In this document: positions 35,427 through 45,545 of the stretch, piece by piece
Position numbering within the stretch: the stretch's first letter is position 1
Layout of the letters: the number at the start of each line of letters is the position of its first letter
Assembly (NCBI GenBank): GCA_964453345.1
Contig: CAYVOC010000006.1
Coordinates: 1-48,346 of the forward strand
Source: an uncultured Aquificales bacterium
Lineage (GTDB): Bacteria; Thermosulfidibacterota; Thermosulfidibacteria; Thermosulfidibacterales; Thermosulfidibacteraceae
DNA length: 48,346 nucleotides
Direction of reading: 5' to 3'
Position numbers and translations under genes: made by a program
Notes under the pieces: model-generated
What the model saw: only the letters and a program-made list of their open reading frames with translations
Databases searched by the model: none
What the model was told of the DNA's origin: nothing

Positions 35427-36616
35427 GATGGTTTGTTTTGTTCCTTCTTCTGTGGTCCGTTCCGGTCTGGTCCAAGATCTACATAGATATTACGAACCCT
35501 GCGTCTCACAAGATAGGTGTGGCCCTTGAGAATGTGGGGCTGCCCCTGAAGGACTTTGACAGGGTGCTTGTCAGCGATCTCAGGGTGTATGGTATCTTTG
35601 CCCTGTATCCCTTGGAGCGTTACAGGCTCACCGGCGCTGAGCTGAGGCTGATAGGGGCTGATCTGCTTCTGCATGTGGATAAATCGGTTTTCGGTAGCAG
35701 GTTTAAGGTTGCCTACACCATTCGTGATCTTACGGACGGTTCAACGGTTGAGGAGGGAACCTTTGAGGGTGGGCTTTCCCGTCAGGTTGATGCAGCCCAC
35801 AGGATAGCCGATGCCCTGTATAAGGCCGTTACAGGTAGTGAGGGCATGTTTTCAAGGAGGGCCGTGGCCTTCAGAAGGGTTGCCGGTGGGTATGAGCTTG
35901 TGCTTGTGGATGTGGGAGCGGTTTCCTACAAGAGGCTGGCCTTTTTCAAGGAACCGGCCCAGTCCCCCGCCCTATCGCCGGATGGCAGAAAAATCATCTT
36001 TTCGAAGATGAATAAGGCCGGTGAGTTTGATCTGTATCTCTACGATCTTGAGACGGGCCGATACAGCCGGGTTTGCAGGACGCCCTGTCCGGACACGGCT
36101 CCATCCTGGATGCCCGATTCCAGGCGTGTGGTCTTTTCCGGGTGCGTGGACAGGGACAACCTGGATATATTGGTTTGCGATGTTGAGACCGGTCGAATTA
36201 CCAAAAGAGTGACGAGAAGCATAGCCATAGATACATCCCCCAGCCTTTCCCCAGATGGAAAGAGGGTGGCTTTCGTCTCCAACCGGGAGGGGTATCCGCA
36301 TATCTATATAAAGGGATTAGATGCCTCAGGAGCTGTGAGGATAACCGGTGGGCACTACGATGTTTCCCCGGACTGGTCCCCAAGGGGGAATGAGGTAGCC
36401 TTCGCCAGCCTCATGGAGGGAAGGTTCGCCGTGGGTGTATATAACCTGGATACGGGTGCAACCAAGTATCTGGCTCCCGGAGAGGACCCTGCCTGGTCCC
36501 CCAACGGGGATTACATTCTCTATACGAGGCGGGGTGGATTGTATATATCATCCGTCTATGGTAGTGGGGAAATTAGGCTTTTCGTTGGCGGGTGGACAAA
36601 TCCTTCGTGGAGGTGA
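35423..36616 (+). CDS. tolB: TolB-like beta-propeller protein
   Basis: Signal peptide, IYIDI, AHRIAD, multiple PD40 repeats (SP.LSPDG, P.WSP.G). Confidence 0.88.
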   Translation: MRWFVLFLLLWSVPVWSKIYIDITNPASHKIGVALENVGLPLKDFDRVLVSDLRVYGIFALYPLERYRLTGAELRLIGADLLLHVDKSVFGSRFKVAYTIRDLTDGSTVEEGTFEGGLSRQVDAAHRIADALYKAVTGSEGMFSRRAVAFRRVAGGYELVLVDVGAVSYKRLAFFKEPAQSPALSPDGRKIIFSKMNKAGEFDLYLYDLETGRYSRVCRTPCPDTAPSWMPDSRRVVFSGCVDRDNLDILVCDVETGRITKRVTRSIAIDTSPSLSPDGKRVAFVSNREGYPHIYIKGLDASGAVRITGGHYDVSPDWSPRGNEVAFASLMEGRFAVGVYNLDTGATKYLAPGEDPAWSPNGDYILYTRRGGLYISSVYGSGEIRLFVGGWTNPSWR

Positions 36617-36619
36617 GAT

Positions 36620-37192
36620 ATGAGAGGAATACTTTCTTTTGTTGCAATTTTTGCGTTTTTGGTGTTTGTTGGCTGTTCCAGCAAGCCTCCTAAGACCGCT
36701 CCCAAGAAGGAGGCTACCGAGGTGAGCCAGCCGGAGGTGGGGAAGGTGCAGGAGCAGGCTGCCGGTGAGGTGACAGCTCCCACCGAGGTTCCGGCAGGCA
36801 AGGCGGAGGGTTACGAGGCTGAAAGGTCTTCGGAATGTGAACTCAGGGAGTTTCCAAACATACACTTTGCCTTTGACAGATACGATTTGAATGATGAGGC
36901 CAAGCAGATCCTCAGGCAGATTGCCGATTATATGAAGAAATGTCCAAACATTGTTCTGACCATTGAGGGGCATTGCGATGAGAGGGGATCCAACGAATAC
37001 AACCTCGCCTTGGGGTGGAAGAGGGCCAATGAGGCTAAAAAGTTCTTAGTGGCCTTGGGAGTGGATCCTGACAGGATTATAACGGTGAGTTACGGCGAAG
37101 AAAGGCCCCTTTGCTTTGAACACAATGAGGCCTGCTGGGCGAAGAACAGGAGGGATCACTTCGTATTCTGCAAGGGGGAGTGCCTCAGGTAG
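36620..37192 (+). CDS. pal: Peptidoglycan-associated lipoprotein Pal
   Basis: Lipobox FVGC; IHFAFDRY, IEGHCDERGSNEYNLALG..RA, SYGEE, KNRR. Confidence 0.95.
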   Translation: MRGILSFVAIFAFLVFVGCSSKPPKTAPKKEATEVSQPEVGKVQEQAAGEVTAPTEVPAGKAEGYEAERSSECELREFPNIHFAFDRYDLNDEAKQILRQIADYMKKCPNIVLTIEGHCDERGSNEYNLALGWKRANEAKKFLVALGVDPDRIITVSYGEERPLCFEHNEACWAKNRRDHFVFCKGECLR

Positions 37193-37207
37193 CGGAGGGA
37201 CGGACCG

Positions 37208-37978
37208 ATGAAGTATAGGTTTCTGTGGTTTCTTGTGCTTGCCTTTGTCCTTGGGTGTGTGGCTCCGGAGCAGGAGTCCCAGATAGCGCTTCTGAACGAT
37301 CGACTCGATACCTTAGAGCGTAAGGTTGAGTCTTTAAGCTTGAGGGTTTCCAGACTTGAGAAGCAGGTGAACCTTTCAAGTGCCAAGGAGGCGGAGTCCA
37401 TATATAACTATGTCAAAAACCTTGAGAGCGAGATATACAACCTGAGGGGGGATCTGGATTCCACCAATCAGAACTGTCTGGCTCTTCAGCGTAGGGTTGA
37501 GGATCTGGAATTTCAGATTGTCTCCTTGGGCAAGAAGGTGGCCTCCCTCGGGGTTGCGGAGGAGTCGCAGCAGAACGCCACCTCTACTGAGGCACCCAAG
37601 GTGAGCACCCCTGAGGCGCTGTATGCTGAGGCCTTGGCCCTCTTTAAGAAGGGCGACTTTGAAAAGGCCAAGGCCAAGTTTGAAGAGTTTTTGAGCAAGT
37701 ATCCCGATCACAGGCTGGCTTCAAACGCCTTCTACTGGATAGGGGAGGCCTATTACGGAATGGGCAAATACAAGGAGGCCATCCTGCAGTTCGAGGATCT
37801 GCGCAGGAAGTATCCCGATAGCTCCAAAATTCCTGCGTCCATGCTTAAGGAGGCCAAAGCCTTTTTGATGCTGAAGGATAAGGCGGGTGCAAGAATCATA
37901 CTGAAGCAGCTCATCAGGATGTATCCGAAGTCCAGGGAAGCCTCTTTGGCAAGGGATCTCTTGAAGAAGATTAGGTAA
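37208..37978 (+). CDS. cpoB: Tol-Pal coordinator CpoB/YbgF
   Basis: Lipobox VLGC, coiled coil, TPR repeats (A.YWIGE.YY, YP.S); follows pal. Confidence 0.88.
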   Translation: MKYRFLWFLVLAFVLGCVAPEQESQIALLNDRLDTLERKVESLSLRVSRLEKQVNLSSAKEAESIYNYVKNLESEIYNLRGDLDSTNQNCLALQRRVEDLEFQIVSLGKKVASLGVAEESQQNATSTEAPKVSTPEALYAEALALFKKGDFEKAKAKFEEFLSKYPDHRLASNAFYWIGEAYYGMGKYKEAILQFEDLRRKYPDSSKIPASMLKEAKAFLMLKDKAGARIILKQLIRMYPKSREASLARDLLKKIR

Positions 37979-39300
37979 TGAAGAGACTTTTTGATTCCTT
38001 TGTGGGGCTTCTGGCGGAGTTTGTTGAGGCGGATACGGTTGTCCTATACAGGGAGGGGGACCAGGGGAGGTTTTCCCCGGTCTCCTACTTTTCCCTCAGG
38101 GATACGGAGCTTGTTCTGGATCCCTTTGATCTGGAAGAGAGTGAGAACCTGGTCGTCAGGGTTATAAAGGAGTGGAGTCCCTACATAACCAGCGATACGG
38201 CCCTCATTGAGGAGATGGGTGTTCCCTACTACCAATCTGTGATCCCCCGGGTTTTCATGGCGGTTCCCTTTAAGCTTGGTAGAGACAGGGCGGTTTTGTG
38301 TATGGATTCGTCGTCCCTTGGCGCCTTCAGCGAGAAGCAACAGAAGCTGGTGGAGAGCAGCATAAAGGTTATAAAAGAGATGGATCTTGTGGGAAGTAGA
38401 TTGCTTTTCTCAAGGATCCCCGAGGCCAAGAGTAGATTGCTCATGTATACCTCAAGTGTCTTCTCCGAGTATCCCTTTGACGAGGCCTTTGTCAGGTGGT
38501 GCGCCTATATGGGTGTTGATCTGGGGGCCGTTCTGCTTGGCGGGGATGATTTTGAGGTTGTGGCTGATTACAGGGGAAGGGAGGAGCTGGAGGATCTTGA
38601 TCTCAAGCTTCCTGCAAGGAGCGTTGTCAGGTTGGCGTATGAGAGACAGGAGGTTTATTGCCTGGACGATGTGGTCCCTCTGTTTGAGGGGTATGAGGCC
38701 TATGGGATAGTTGCCCCCTGGAGTGTGGGGGACATGAAGGGGGTTCTCGTTCTCGGCTCCGGCGATGGGGATTTCTTTACGGATCAGGTTTCCGATGTGA
38801 TAGAGGGCTGCGCCCGGATAATGGGCCTTGCCCTTTATGCGGAGGGGGAGCGGGAGTCGGGCGCATACCATCTGGTTGAACCCCTTGAGCTTGAGAACCG
38901 TTTGAGGATACTGACCAGCAGGGCAAAGAAGGAGGGGCGAATACTGGCAATTCTGTTGTTTACCGTGAGGCATATTGACAAGGAGTATGCAAAGAGGGGG
39001 TTCTGGAAGGTTGAGGAGATCATGAACAATATATTCAAGAGGGCCCAGACGGTGGTCCCCCTGCCTGAGGTTATCTGCAGGGTTTCGGATAATGCCCTTG
39101 TTCTGGGCAGGATCTTCGATACGGAAGAGGAAGCGGTTGAGTATAAAAAGGGGTTTAACACATCGACGGCGGAGCTTGTTGACTTCAAGGACTGTTATAC
39201 GGATCTTTTAATATACCCTTCCGATGCCTCAAATACTGAGGAGCTGATGAAGGCTATAGGGGAAAGGGTCGTTAAATCAAAGAAGAAAGGATGGATTTAG
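37978..39300 (+). CDS. GAF-domain protein with a probable degenerate GGDEF-like C-terminus
   Basis: Two GAF-like segments (FMAVPF...VLCMDS...AFSEKQQK; IVAP...GVLVLGS...FFTDQ); C-terminal LAILLF...ICRVSDNALV; TAATG coupling to cpoB. Confidence 0.65.
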   Translation: MKRLFDSFVGLLAEFVEADTVVLYREGDQGRFSPVSYFSLRDTELVLDPFDLEESENLVVRVIKEWSPYITSDTALIEEMGVPYYQSVIPRVFMAVPFKLGRDRAVLCMDSSSLGAFSEKQQKLVESSIKVIKEMDLVGSRLLFSRIPEAKSRLLMYTSSVFSEYPFDEAFVRWCAYMGVDLGAVLLGGDDFEVVADYRGREELEDLDLKLPARSVVRLAYERQEVYCLDDVVPLFEGYEAYGIVAPWSVGDMKGVLVLGSGDGDFFTDQVSDVIEGCARIMGLALYAEGERESGAYHLVEPLELENRLRILTSRAKKEGRILAILLFTVRHIDKEYAKRGFWKVEEIMNNIFKRAQTVVPLPEVICRVSDNALVLGRIFDTEEEAVEYKKGFNTSTAELVDFKDCYTDLLIYPSDASNTEELMKAIGERVVKSKKKGWI

Positions 39301-39310
39301 GGGGTAGGCT

Positions 39311-40360
39311 TTGGCGGACTGGTTCAGGAAGATAGCGGATGTGTTTTCGCCTCTGACTAAGTTTTTAGGAACGGATATTGCAATAGATCTTGGAACCGCC
39401 AACACCCTTATATACGTGCGCGGAGAGGGGATACTTGTGAATGAGCCGTCCTTTGTCGCCATAGACAGAGAGACCGGAAAGGTTCAGGCGGTGGGCAGAG
39501 AAGCAAAGAATATGTGGGGGAGGGCGCCGGAGAACATAGAGGTCGTAAGGCCCATAAATGATGGGGTTGTTGACAACTACGATGCGGCCCTTTTGATGCT
39601 CAGGGATTTTCTGTCCAGGGTTTCCGGGAGGATAAAACTGGTCAAATCCAGGATGGTCATCTGCGTTCCCTCGAGGATAACCCAGGTGGAGAAGAGGGCC
39701 GTTATAGATTTGGGGATGGAGTGCGGGGCCAGGGAGGTCTTCCTGCTGGATGAACCCATGGCTGCGGCCATAGGTTGTGAGCTTCCCGTCAACGAGCCCA
39801 AGGGTTGTATGGTGGTGGACATTGGCGGCGGAACCACCGATGTTGCCATAATCTCCATGGGGGGAATAGCCTGCAAGGATTCGGTGAGGGTTGCCGGTTA
39901 CGAGATGGATGAGGCCATAAAGAACCACGTGAGAGACAAGTATCAGCTGAGAATCGGCGTTCTGGAGGCGGAAAGGATAAAGATAGAGATAGGAAGCGCT
40001 GTTCCCGGGGAGAAGAGGAGCACCGTGGTTACGGGAACGGATCTGGCCAAGGGGACCCCCAAGGAGGTGGAGCTGGTGTCCGATGAGATAAGGGAGGCTA
40101 TAGCCGAACCTCTAAACGCCATAATAGATGTTGTAAGAAGGGTCCTTGATAATGCATCCCCTGAACTTGTCTCCGATGTGGCCAGAACAGGTATAATGCT
40201 GACCGGCGGAGGATCTCTGCTCAGGGGCCTGGATAGGGCCATGGAACAGAAGCTTATGGTCAAGGTGAATCTTGCTCAGGAGCCTCTTTTGAGTGTCGTA
40301 ATGGGGGCGGGTAGGGCCCTTGAAAACTTTGAGGAGTATAGGAGGGCCTTCATAGCTTAG
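39311..40360 (+). CDS. mreB: MreB-family actin homolog (orphan paralog)
   Basis: IDLGTANT, NEPS, EPMAAAIG, DIGGGTT, LTGGGSLL; no mreC/mreD downstream. Confidence 0.9.
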   Translation: MADWFRKIADVFSPLTKFLGTDIAIDLGTANTLIYVRGEGILVNEPSFVAIDRETGKVQAVGREAKNMWGRAPENIEVVRPINDGVVDNYDAALLMLRDFLSRVSGRIKLVKSRMVICVPSRITQVEKRAVIDLGMECGAREVFLLDEPMAAAIGCELPVNEPKGCMVVDIGGGTTDVAIISMGGIACKDSVRVAGYEMDEAIKNHVRDKYQLRIGVLEAERIKIEIGSAVPGEKRSTVVTGTDLAKGTPKEVELVSDEIREAIAEPLNAIIDVVRRVLDNASPELVSDVARTGIMLTGGGSLLRGLDRAMEQKLMVKVNLAQEPLLSVVMGAGRALENFEEYRRAFIA

Positions 40361-40391
40361 GTCTCTTTCTCCCTTCTTTGCCTGGTTATAC

Positions 40392-40419
40392 TTGAACACC
40401 TGCCTCTTAGGTGTATACT
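40392..40419 (+). promoter_or_regulatory. Promoter of the rimP-nusA-infB operon
   Basis: TTGAAC-16-TATACT; contains the inverted repeat ACACCT-N7-AGGTGT. Confidence 0.5.
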
Positions 40420-40442
40420 AAAGCCTCTAAGGGGGGATTGTC

Positions 40443-40901
40443 GTGCTGGACAGGGAGGAAATAGAAAAGAGGGTTGAGAAGCTGCTTGAGCCCATTTTGA
40501 AGTCCTTGGGGCTTTACCTTTACGATGTTGAGTGGATGTCCTCGGGCAAGCACAACTATTTGCGCATCTACATAGATAAGCCCGGTGGCGTTACAATAGG
40601 GGACTGCCAGAGGGTGAGCGAGGAGATAGGGGACATTCTTGATGTGGAGGATTTTATACACGTCAGGTATTACCTTGAAGTCTCCTCTCCTGGGTTAACC
40701 CGCGAGCTGAAAAAACCAAGACACTATTTGAAGAGCATAGGCGAAAGGGTCAGGGTTGTGTTGAAGGAGGAGATTTTGGGAAAGAAGGATATCGAGGGAA
40801 TCATAAGGGATGCCGATGAAGACGGCTTTGTTATAGAGGTGGAGGAAGGGGAGGAGTGGATCCCCTACGATGTGGTGGCCAAGGCTAAGCTGCTCTTTTA
40901 G
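40443..40901 (+). CDS. rimP: Ribosome maturation factor RimP
   Basis: LRIYIDKPGGVTI.DC..VS, Y.LEVSSPG..R.L. Confidence 0.95.
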   Translation: MLDREEIEKRVEKLLEPILKSLGLYLYDVEWMSSGKHNYLRIYIDKPGGVTIGDCQRVSEEIGDILDVEDFIHVRYYLEVSSPGLTRELKKPRHYLKSIGERVRVVLKEEILGKKDIEGIIRDADEDGFVIEVEEGEEWIPYDVVAKAKLLF

Positions 40902-40915
40902 GTTGGGAGGTGTTT

Positions 40916-42001
40916 ATGAAGGGGAAGGAGCTTTTGTATACCATAGAGTTGCTGGAGAGCGAGAAGGGAATACCGAAAGACAGGCTTATAAAGCTGCTGG
41001 AGGAGTCCATCCAGAGTGCTATAAGCCGCAGAATCCTTGATGGGATAGATATTGAAGTGAAGCTGGACCTTGAGACGGGGGAGTTTAAGGCCTATCAGCT
41101 GAAAAAGGTGGTGGAGGACGGTGCGGAGCACGATCCTCAAAGGGAGATTCTCTTAAGCGATGCCAAAAAGATTGACCCCGAGGTTGAGGTGGGTGACGTT
41201 ATTCGTCTTCCCTTCGCGGTTGATGAGATGGGAAGGATCGCTGCAAGGGCCACCATGCAGGTCTTGACCCAGAAGCTCACGCAGCTTGAGAGGGATGTTA
41301 TCTACTCCACCTTCAAGGAGAAGGAGGGGGATATAGTTCAGGGAACCATTCTGAGGGAGGAGAGGGGCAACATCATCGTCGATCTTATGGGCAAGGCCGA
41401 GGGGATCCTGCCTCCGAGGGAGAGGGTGAGGAGCGAGCGGTATAGAAAGGGCGATACCATGAAGTTTTACGTTCTTGAGGTGAGAAGGGGCAGGGGAGGG
41501 GAGCCGAGGATAATCCTGTCGAGGACCCATCCGAAGCTGGTGCAGCGGCTCTTTGAGAGGGAGATGCCCGAGGTTGTGGCGGGGCTTGTGAGCGTTATGG
41601 GAGTTGCCAGGGATCCGGGGGACAGGGCCAAGGTGGCTGTTAAGGCCAACGATCCCGATGTGGATCCCGTCGGTGCGTGTATAGGCGTGAGGGGTGCCAG
41701 GATACAGAGCATTGTGAGGGAGCTGCACGGGGAAAATATAGATGTTATTCTCTATTCGGATAATCCAGAGGAGTTTATCGCCAATGCCCTGAAGCCTGCA
41801 AAGATCCGCAAGATCTTTCTCGATGAGGAGAATAAGGAGGCGAAGGTTATAGTGGACGACGATCAGTTTTCGCTGGCTCTGGGCAGGAAGGGTCAGAACG
41901 TGAGGCTCGCTGCAAAGCTCACCGGCTGGAAGATAGATATAAAGACGGCCAGTGAATACGGCCTCGTTTCCGAGGAGGCCGGGGGTGAGGGAACCGGTTA
42001 G
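40916..42001 (+). CDS. nusA: Transcription termination/antitermination factor NusA
   Basis: S1 and KH domains: LSRTHP, ARDPG.RAKVAV, DPVGACIG.RG.RI, GRKGQNVRLAAKLTGWKIDI. Confidence 0.96.
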   Translation: MKGKELLYTIELLESEKGIPKDRLIKLLEESIQSAISRRILDGIDIEVKLDLETGEFKAYQLKKVVEDGAEHDPQREILLSDAKKIDPEVEVGDVIRLPFAVDEMGRIAARATMQVLTQKLTQLERDVIYSTFKEKEGDIVQGTILREERGNIIVDLMGKAEGILPPRERVRSERYRKGDTMKFYVLEVRRGRGGEPRIILSRTHPKLVQRLFEREMPEVVAGLVSVMGVARDPGDRAKVAVKANDPDVDPVGACIGVRGARIQSIVRELHGENIDVILYSDNPEEFIANALKPAKIRKIFLDEENKEAKVIVDDDQFSLALGRKGQNVRLAAKLTGWKIDIKTASEYGLVSEEAGGEGTG

Positions 42002-42575
42002 AATGTGTGTCGCCTGTAGAGGCAGGTATCCCAAGGAGAGGTTGTTGAGGTTTGTGGAGAAAAACGGGGCTCTTTTTTTCGATCCGCTCTATAAGGCCCC
42101 TGGAAGGGGAGTCAATGTGTGTCCTTCTCCAGATTGTTTGAAAAAGGCGGTGAAAAGAGGCCTTTTTGAAAGGGGCTTGAAAACATCTTTGAAGCAGCTG
42201 CCGGATTTTGAAGCCCTGAGGGAAATGGTCCTGAGGGATCTTGAAACTGTTATTGTCAATCATGTGCGGATGGGGTTGAAGTTTAAGGGCGTTGTGCTTG
42301 GAAGGGAGGCCCTTTTCAGGAATCTGGAGAGGGTTGAATTGGTGCTGTTGGCAAGGGATCTTTCTGAAAATTCGCTGAAAGAGCTTGAAGGTAGAGGGGT
42401 AAAGGGGATCTTCTTCGGGACCAAGCAGTTCTGGGGGGATGTGCTCAACAGAAGGCCCGTGGGGATAATAGGGATTGTTGATAGAGGTCTTGCCCGAAAG
42501 GTTGAGGGGTTTCTCTTTAAATACAGGGCTTTAAAAGGGGAGGTGGAGTTAGATGGCCAGCAAGCACAGAATTAG
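41985..42575 (+). CDS. ylxR: YlxR (DUF448/RnpM) fused to an L7Ae-like (YlxQ-like) domain
   Basis: PVRMCVACR...K..LLRFV...PGRG..VC...C; second half G..K.VVLG...[11 protein letters not shown]...G..L....G.IGIVD.G; GTG 41985 with SD GAGGAGG. Confidence 0.82.
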   Translation: MREPVRMCVACRGRYPKERLLRFVEKNGALFFDPLYKAPGRGVNVCPSPDCLKKAVKRGLFERGLKTSLKQLPDFEALREMVLRDLETVIVNHVRMGLKFKGVVLGREALFRNLERVELVLLARDLSENSLKELEGRGVKGIFFGTKQFWGDVLNRRPVGIIGIVDRGLARKVEGFLFKYRALKGEVELDGQQAQN

Positions 42576-44895
42576 GGTCCATCAGATAGCCAAGGAGATG
42601 GGCATCACAAGCAGCGAGGTTATATCCGGACTTAAGGAGATAGGGATTCCTGCCAAAAGCCATATGAGTTCAATAACGCAGGACGAATATGATAGATTTA
42701 TAGAATACATGAGCGTGAAAAGAGAGATAGAGCGCAGAAAGAAAGAGAAGGAAAAGGAGAAGGAGCGGAAGCAGGAGAAGGCGGTTGAGAAGAAGGCGGA
42801 GACCAAGAAGGAGGAAGTGAAGGAGGAGAAGGAGGTTGCAGCGGAAGTCTCTTCGGAGCGCAGGCCCAAGGAAAAACCGGCTGCCAAGCCTTCCAAAAAG
42901 CCGCCCAGAAGGCCCCTTAAAGAGGCAAAGAAGCCGAAGCCTCCCAAGGAGGAGGTCACAGTTGAGAAGGTCCAGGAGGTTGCGAAGAAGTTTGAGCAGA
43001 AAGAGGAAAAACAGGATACGACGAGTGTTATTGAGCCCATATACATGCCTGTGAGAACCAGAAGGACCAGAAGGCGTAAGAAGAAGCACAGGGAAGAGAT
43101 TGACATAGAGGAGGTGAGGGCCCAGGAGTTAAGGGAAAGGGTGGATTTTGATGCCGGGACGGTTAAATTGCCCGAGACGGTGACCGTAAGGGAGCTTGCC
43201 TTTATGCTTGAGGAGGATGAGGAGGAGATAAAGGAGCTGCTCAAGTCCAAGGGTATCCCGGTGACCCTTACCCAGGTTCTGCCCTTTGATGTGGCGAAGA
43301 TGATCTGCGAGGAATACGGGTTTGAGGTGATCTCCGAGGAGCCTGTTCCGGTGTCGGAGGCTGAAGAGGAGGATGAGGAGAATCTGGTTCCCAGACCCCC
43401 TGTGGTTACGGTGATGGGGCACGTTGATCATGGAAAGACCACTTTGCTGGACTACATAAGAAAGACCAATGTGGCTGCAAGAGAGGCCGGAGGTATAACC
43501 CAGCACATAGGTGCCTATAAGGTTAAGCTTCCCGATGGACACGAGATAACCTTTATAGACACCCCCGGGCACCATGCTTTCACCACCATGAGGGCGAGGG
43601 GGGCCAGGGTCACCGATATAGTCATCCTTGTTGTTGCGGCGGATGACGGTGTTATGCCCCAGACCGTTGAGGCCATAAACCACGCCAAGGCTGCGGGTGT
43701 TCCCATAGTTGTGGCCATAAACAAGATAGATAAGCCCGATGCGAATCCCGAGAGGGTGAAGCAGGAGCTTTCCAAATACGGTCTCATCCCTGAGGAGTGG
43801 GGCGGCGAGACCATAATGGTTCCCATATCCGCCAAGACCGGGCAGGGTGTGGATGAGCTGCTGGAGATGGTGGTCCTTCAGGCCGAGATGCTGGAACTCA
43901 AGGCCAATCCCAACAAGCCCGCAAGGGGAACGGTGCTTGAGGCGAAGCTTGATCCCAAAAGGGGTCCTGTTGCCACCCTGCTTGTTCAGGATGGAACCCT
44001 CAGGGTGGGAGATGCCTTGGTGGCCGGTCTGCACTGGGGCAAGGTCAGGGCCATGATCAACGAGTGGGGAGAGAGGCTTAAGGAGGCAGGCCCCTCAACA
44101 CCCGTTGAGGTCTTGGGCCTTTCGGATGTTCCCTTGGCAGGCGAACCCTTCTTCGTGGTTGAGAATGAGAAGGTTGCAAGGAAGATCAGCGAGGAGAGGA
44201 AGGAGCGGGCCAAGGAAGCACTGCAGGAAAAACCGAGGCTTTCCCTTGAAGAGCTTATGAAGAAGCTTGCCGAGGGAGAGGCCAAGGAGCTCAGAATCGT
44301 TCTCAAGGCCGATGTTCAGGGGTCCCTTGAGGCTGTAAAGGAGGCCATTGAGAAGCTGTCAACAGATGAAGTGAAGGCCAATGTGATACATTCCGCCGTG
44401 GGCGCCATAACGGAGACCGATGTTATGCTCGCCCAGGCGTCGGGTGCGATAGTGATAGGGTTCAATGTGAGGCCCGATAGCAAGGCCAAGAGGGCTGCAG
44501 AGCAGGAGAAGGTGGAGATAAGGACCTACAGGGTCATATACGATCTGCTTGAGGATGTTAAGAAGGCTCTGTCCGGTATGCTTGAGCCTGAGTATGAGGA
44601 GGTTGTTCTGGGCAGGGCCGAGGTTAGGCAGGTGTTCAACGTGCCCAAGGTTGGCAAGGTCGCCGGATGCTATGTTCTTGAGGGCAAGATCACCAGAAAT
44701 GCCAACATAAGGGTCCTGAGGGATGGGGTGATAATCCATGAAGGCAGGCTCTCTTCCCTCAAGAGGTTCAAGGACGATGTCCGCGAGGTGGCTGCAGGAT
44801 ACGAGTGCGGCATGGCCATAGAGGGCTTCCAGGATATAAAAGAGGGGGATGTGATAGAGGCCTACGAGGTGAGGGAGGTGAAGAGGGAACTGTAA
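42553..44895 (+). CDS. infB: Translation initiation factor IF-2
   Basis: [49 protein letters not shown]. Confidence 0.98.
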   Translation: MASKHRIRVHQIAKEMGITSSEVISGLKEIGIPAKSHMSSITQDEYDRFIEYMSVKREIERRKKEKEKEKERKQEKAVEKKAETKKEEVKEEKEVAAEVSSERRPKEKPAAKPSKKPPRRPLKEAKKPKPPKEEVTVEKVQEVAKKFEQKEEKQDTTSVIEPIYMPVRTRRTRRRKKKHREEIDIEEVRAQELRERVDFDAGTVKLPETVTVRELAFMLEEDEEEIKELLKSKGIPVTLTQVLPFDVAKMICEEYGFEVISEEPVPVSEAEEEDEENLVPRPPVVTVMGHVDHGKTTLLDYIRKTNVAAREAGGITQHIGAYKVKLPDGHEITFIDTPGHHAFTTMRARGARVTDIVILVVAADDGVMPQTVEAINHAKAAGVPIVVAINKIDKPDANPERVKQELSKYGLIPEEWGGETIMVPISAKTGQGVDELLEMVVLQAEMLELKANPNKPARGTVLEAKLDPKRGPVATLLVQDGTLRVGDALVAGLHWGKVRAMINEWGERLKEAGPSTPVEVLGLSDVPLAGEPFFVVENEKVARKISEERKERAKEALQEKPRLSLEELMKKLAEGEAKELRIVLKADVQGSLEAVKEAIEKLSTDEVKANVIHSAVGAITETDVMLAQASGAIVIGFNVRPDSKAKRAAEQEKVEIRTYRVIYDLLEDVKKALSGMLEPEYEEVVLGRAEVRQVFNVPKVGKVAGCYVLEGKITRNANIRVLRDGVIIHEGRLSSLKRFKDDVREVAAGYECGMAIEGFQDIKEGDVIEAYEVREVKREL

Positions 44896-44898
44896 GCC

Positions 44899-45180
44899 AT
44901 GGTCATAGGCAGTCTCAGATTTTATGTTGAAATACCGGGGAACAACAGCCTCAAGGGCAAAAGACGGGTTTTGAAGTCTCTGATGGAGAGGATAAGGAAC
45001 AAGTATAACGTATCCATTGCCGAGATAGCGGATCACGACGTGCACAGGTTCGCCACCATAGGCGTGGCCTATGTGACCAACGATTCGGCCATGGCCAACA
45101 GGGTGCTTAATCAGATAGTTGATTTGGTGGACGATTACGGCGATGTGATGCTTCTTGACTACATGATAGAGATATTCTGA
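44899..45180 (+). CDS. ylxP: DUF503/YlxP-family protein
   Basis: SLKGKR.V...L....NVSIAE....D.H; lies between infB and rbfA. Confidence 0.88.
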   Translation: MVIGSLRFYVEIPGNNSLKGKRRVLKSLMERIRNKYNVSIAEIADHDVHRFATIGVAYVTNDSAMANRVLNQIVDLVDDYGDVMLLDYMIEIF

Positions 45181-45545
45181 TGAAGGGCTACAGGAGAACG
45201 GATAGGCTTGCGGAACTTATAAGGGAGGAGGTTGCGGAGGTTATCCTGAGCGGTTCCGTCAAGGGAATGAACCTCGGCTTTGTGACCATAACCCGGGTCA
45301 GGGTGAGTGCGGATCTGTCCTATGCCGACATATATTTTAGCGTTCTTGATGGGCGCTGGGAGGAGACCAAGAGGGAGCTTGAGGCCCACAAGAGGGACAT
45401 AAGGAGCTTTATGGGGAGGGATCTGAGGCTTAAAAGGCTTCCCCAGTTAAGATTCTTTGAGGATAGAAGCCTTGAGCATGTGGAGAGGATAGAAGAGCTT
45501 TTGAAAAGGGTGAGGGATGAAGGAGAAGATAGCGAGAATCCTTGA
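45180..45545 (+). CDS. rbfA: Ribosome-binding factor A
   Basis: R..RLAE.I..E, VTITRV.VS.DL..A, LKR.P.L.F..D.S. Confidence 0.93.
   Translation: MKGYRRTDRLAELIREEVAEVILSGSVKGMNLGFVTITRVRVSADLSYADIYFSVLDGRWEETKRELEAHKRDIRSFMGRDLRLKRLPQLRFFEDRSLEHVERIEELLKRVRDEGEDSENP

Noticed and set aside
42720-43100. Low-complexity purine-rich stretch as a repeat element
   Set aside because: It encodes the ordinary Lys/Glu/Pro-rich linker of IF-2. The same applies to the TolA linker at about 34790-35060.
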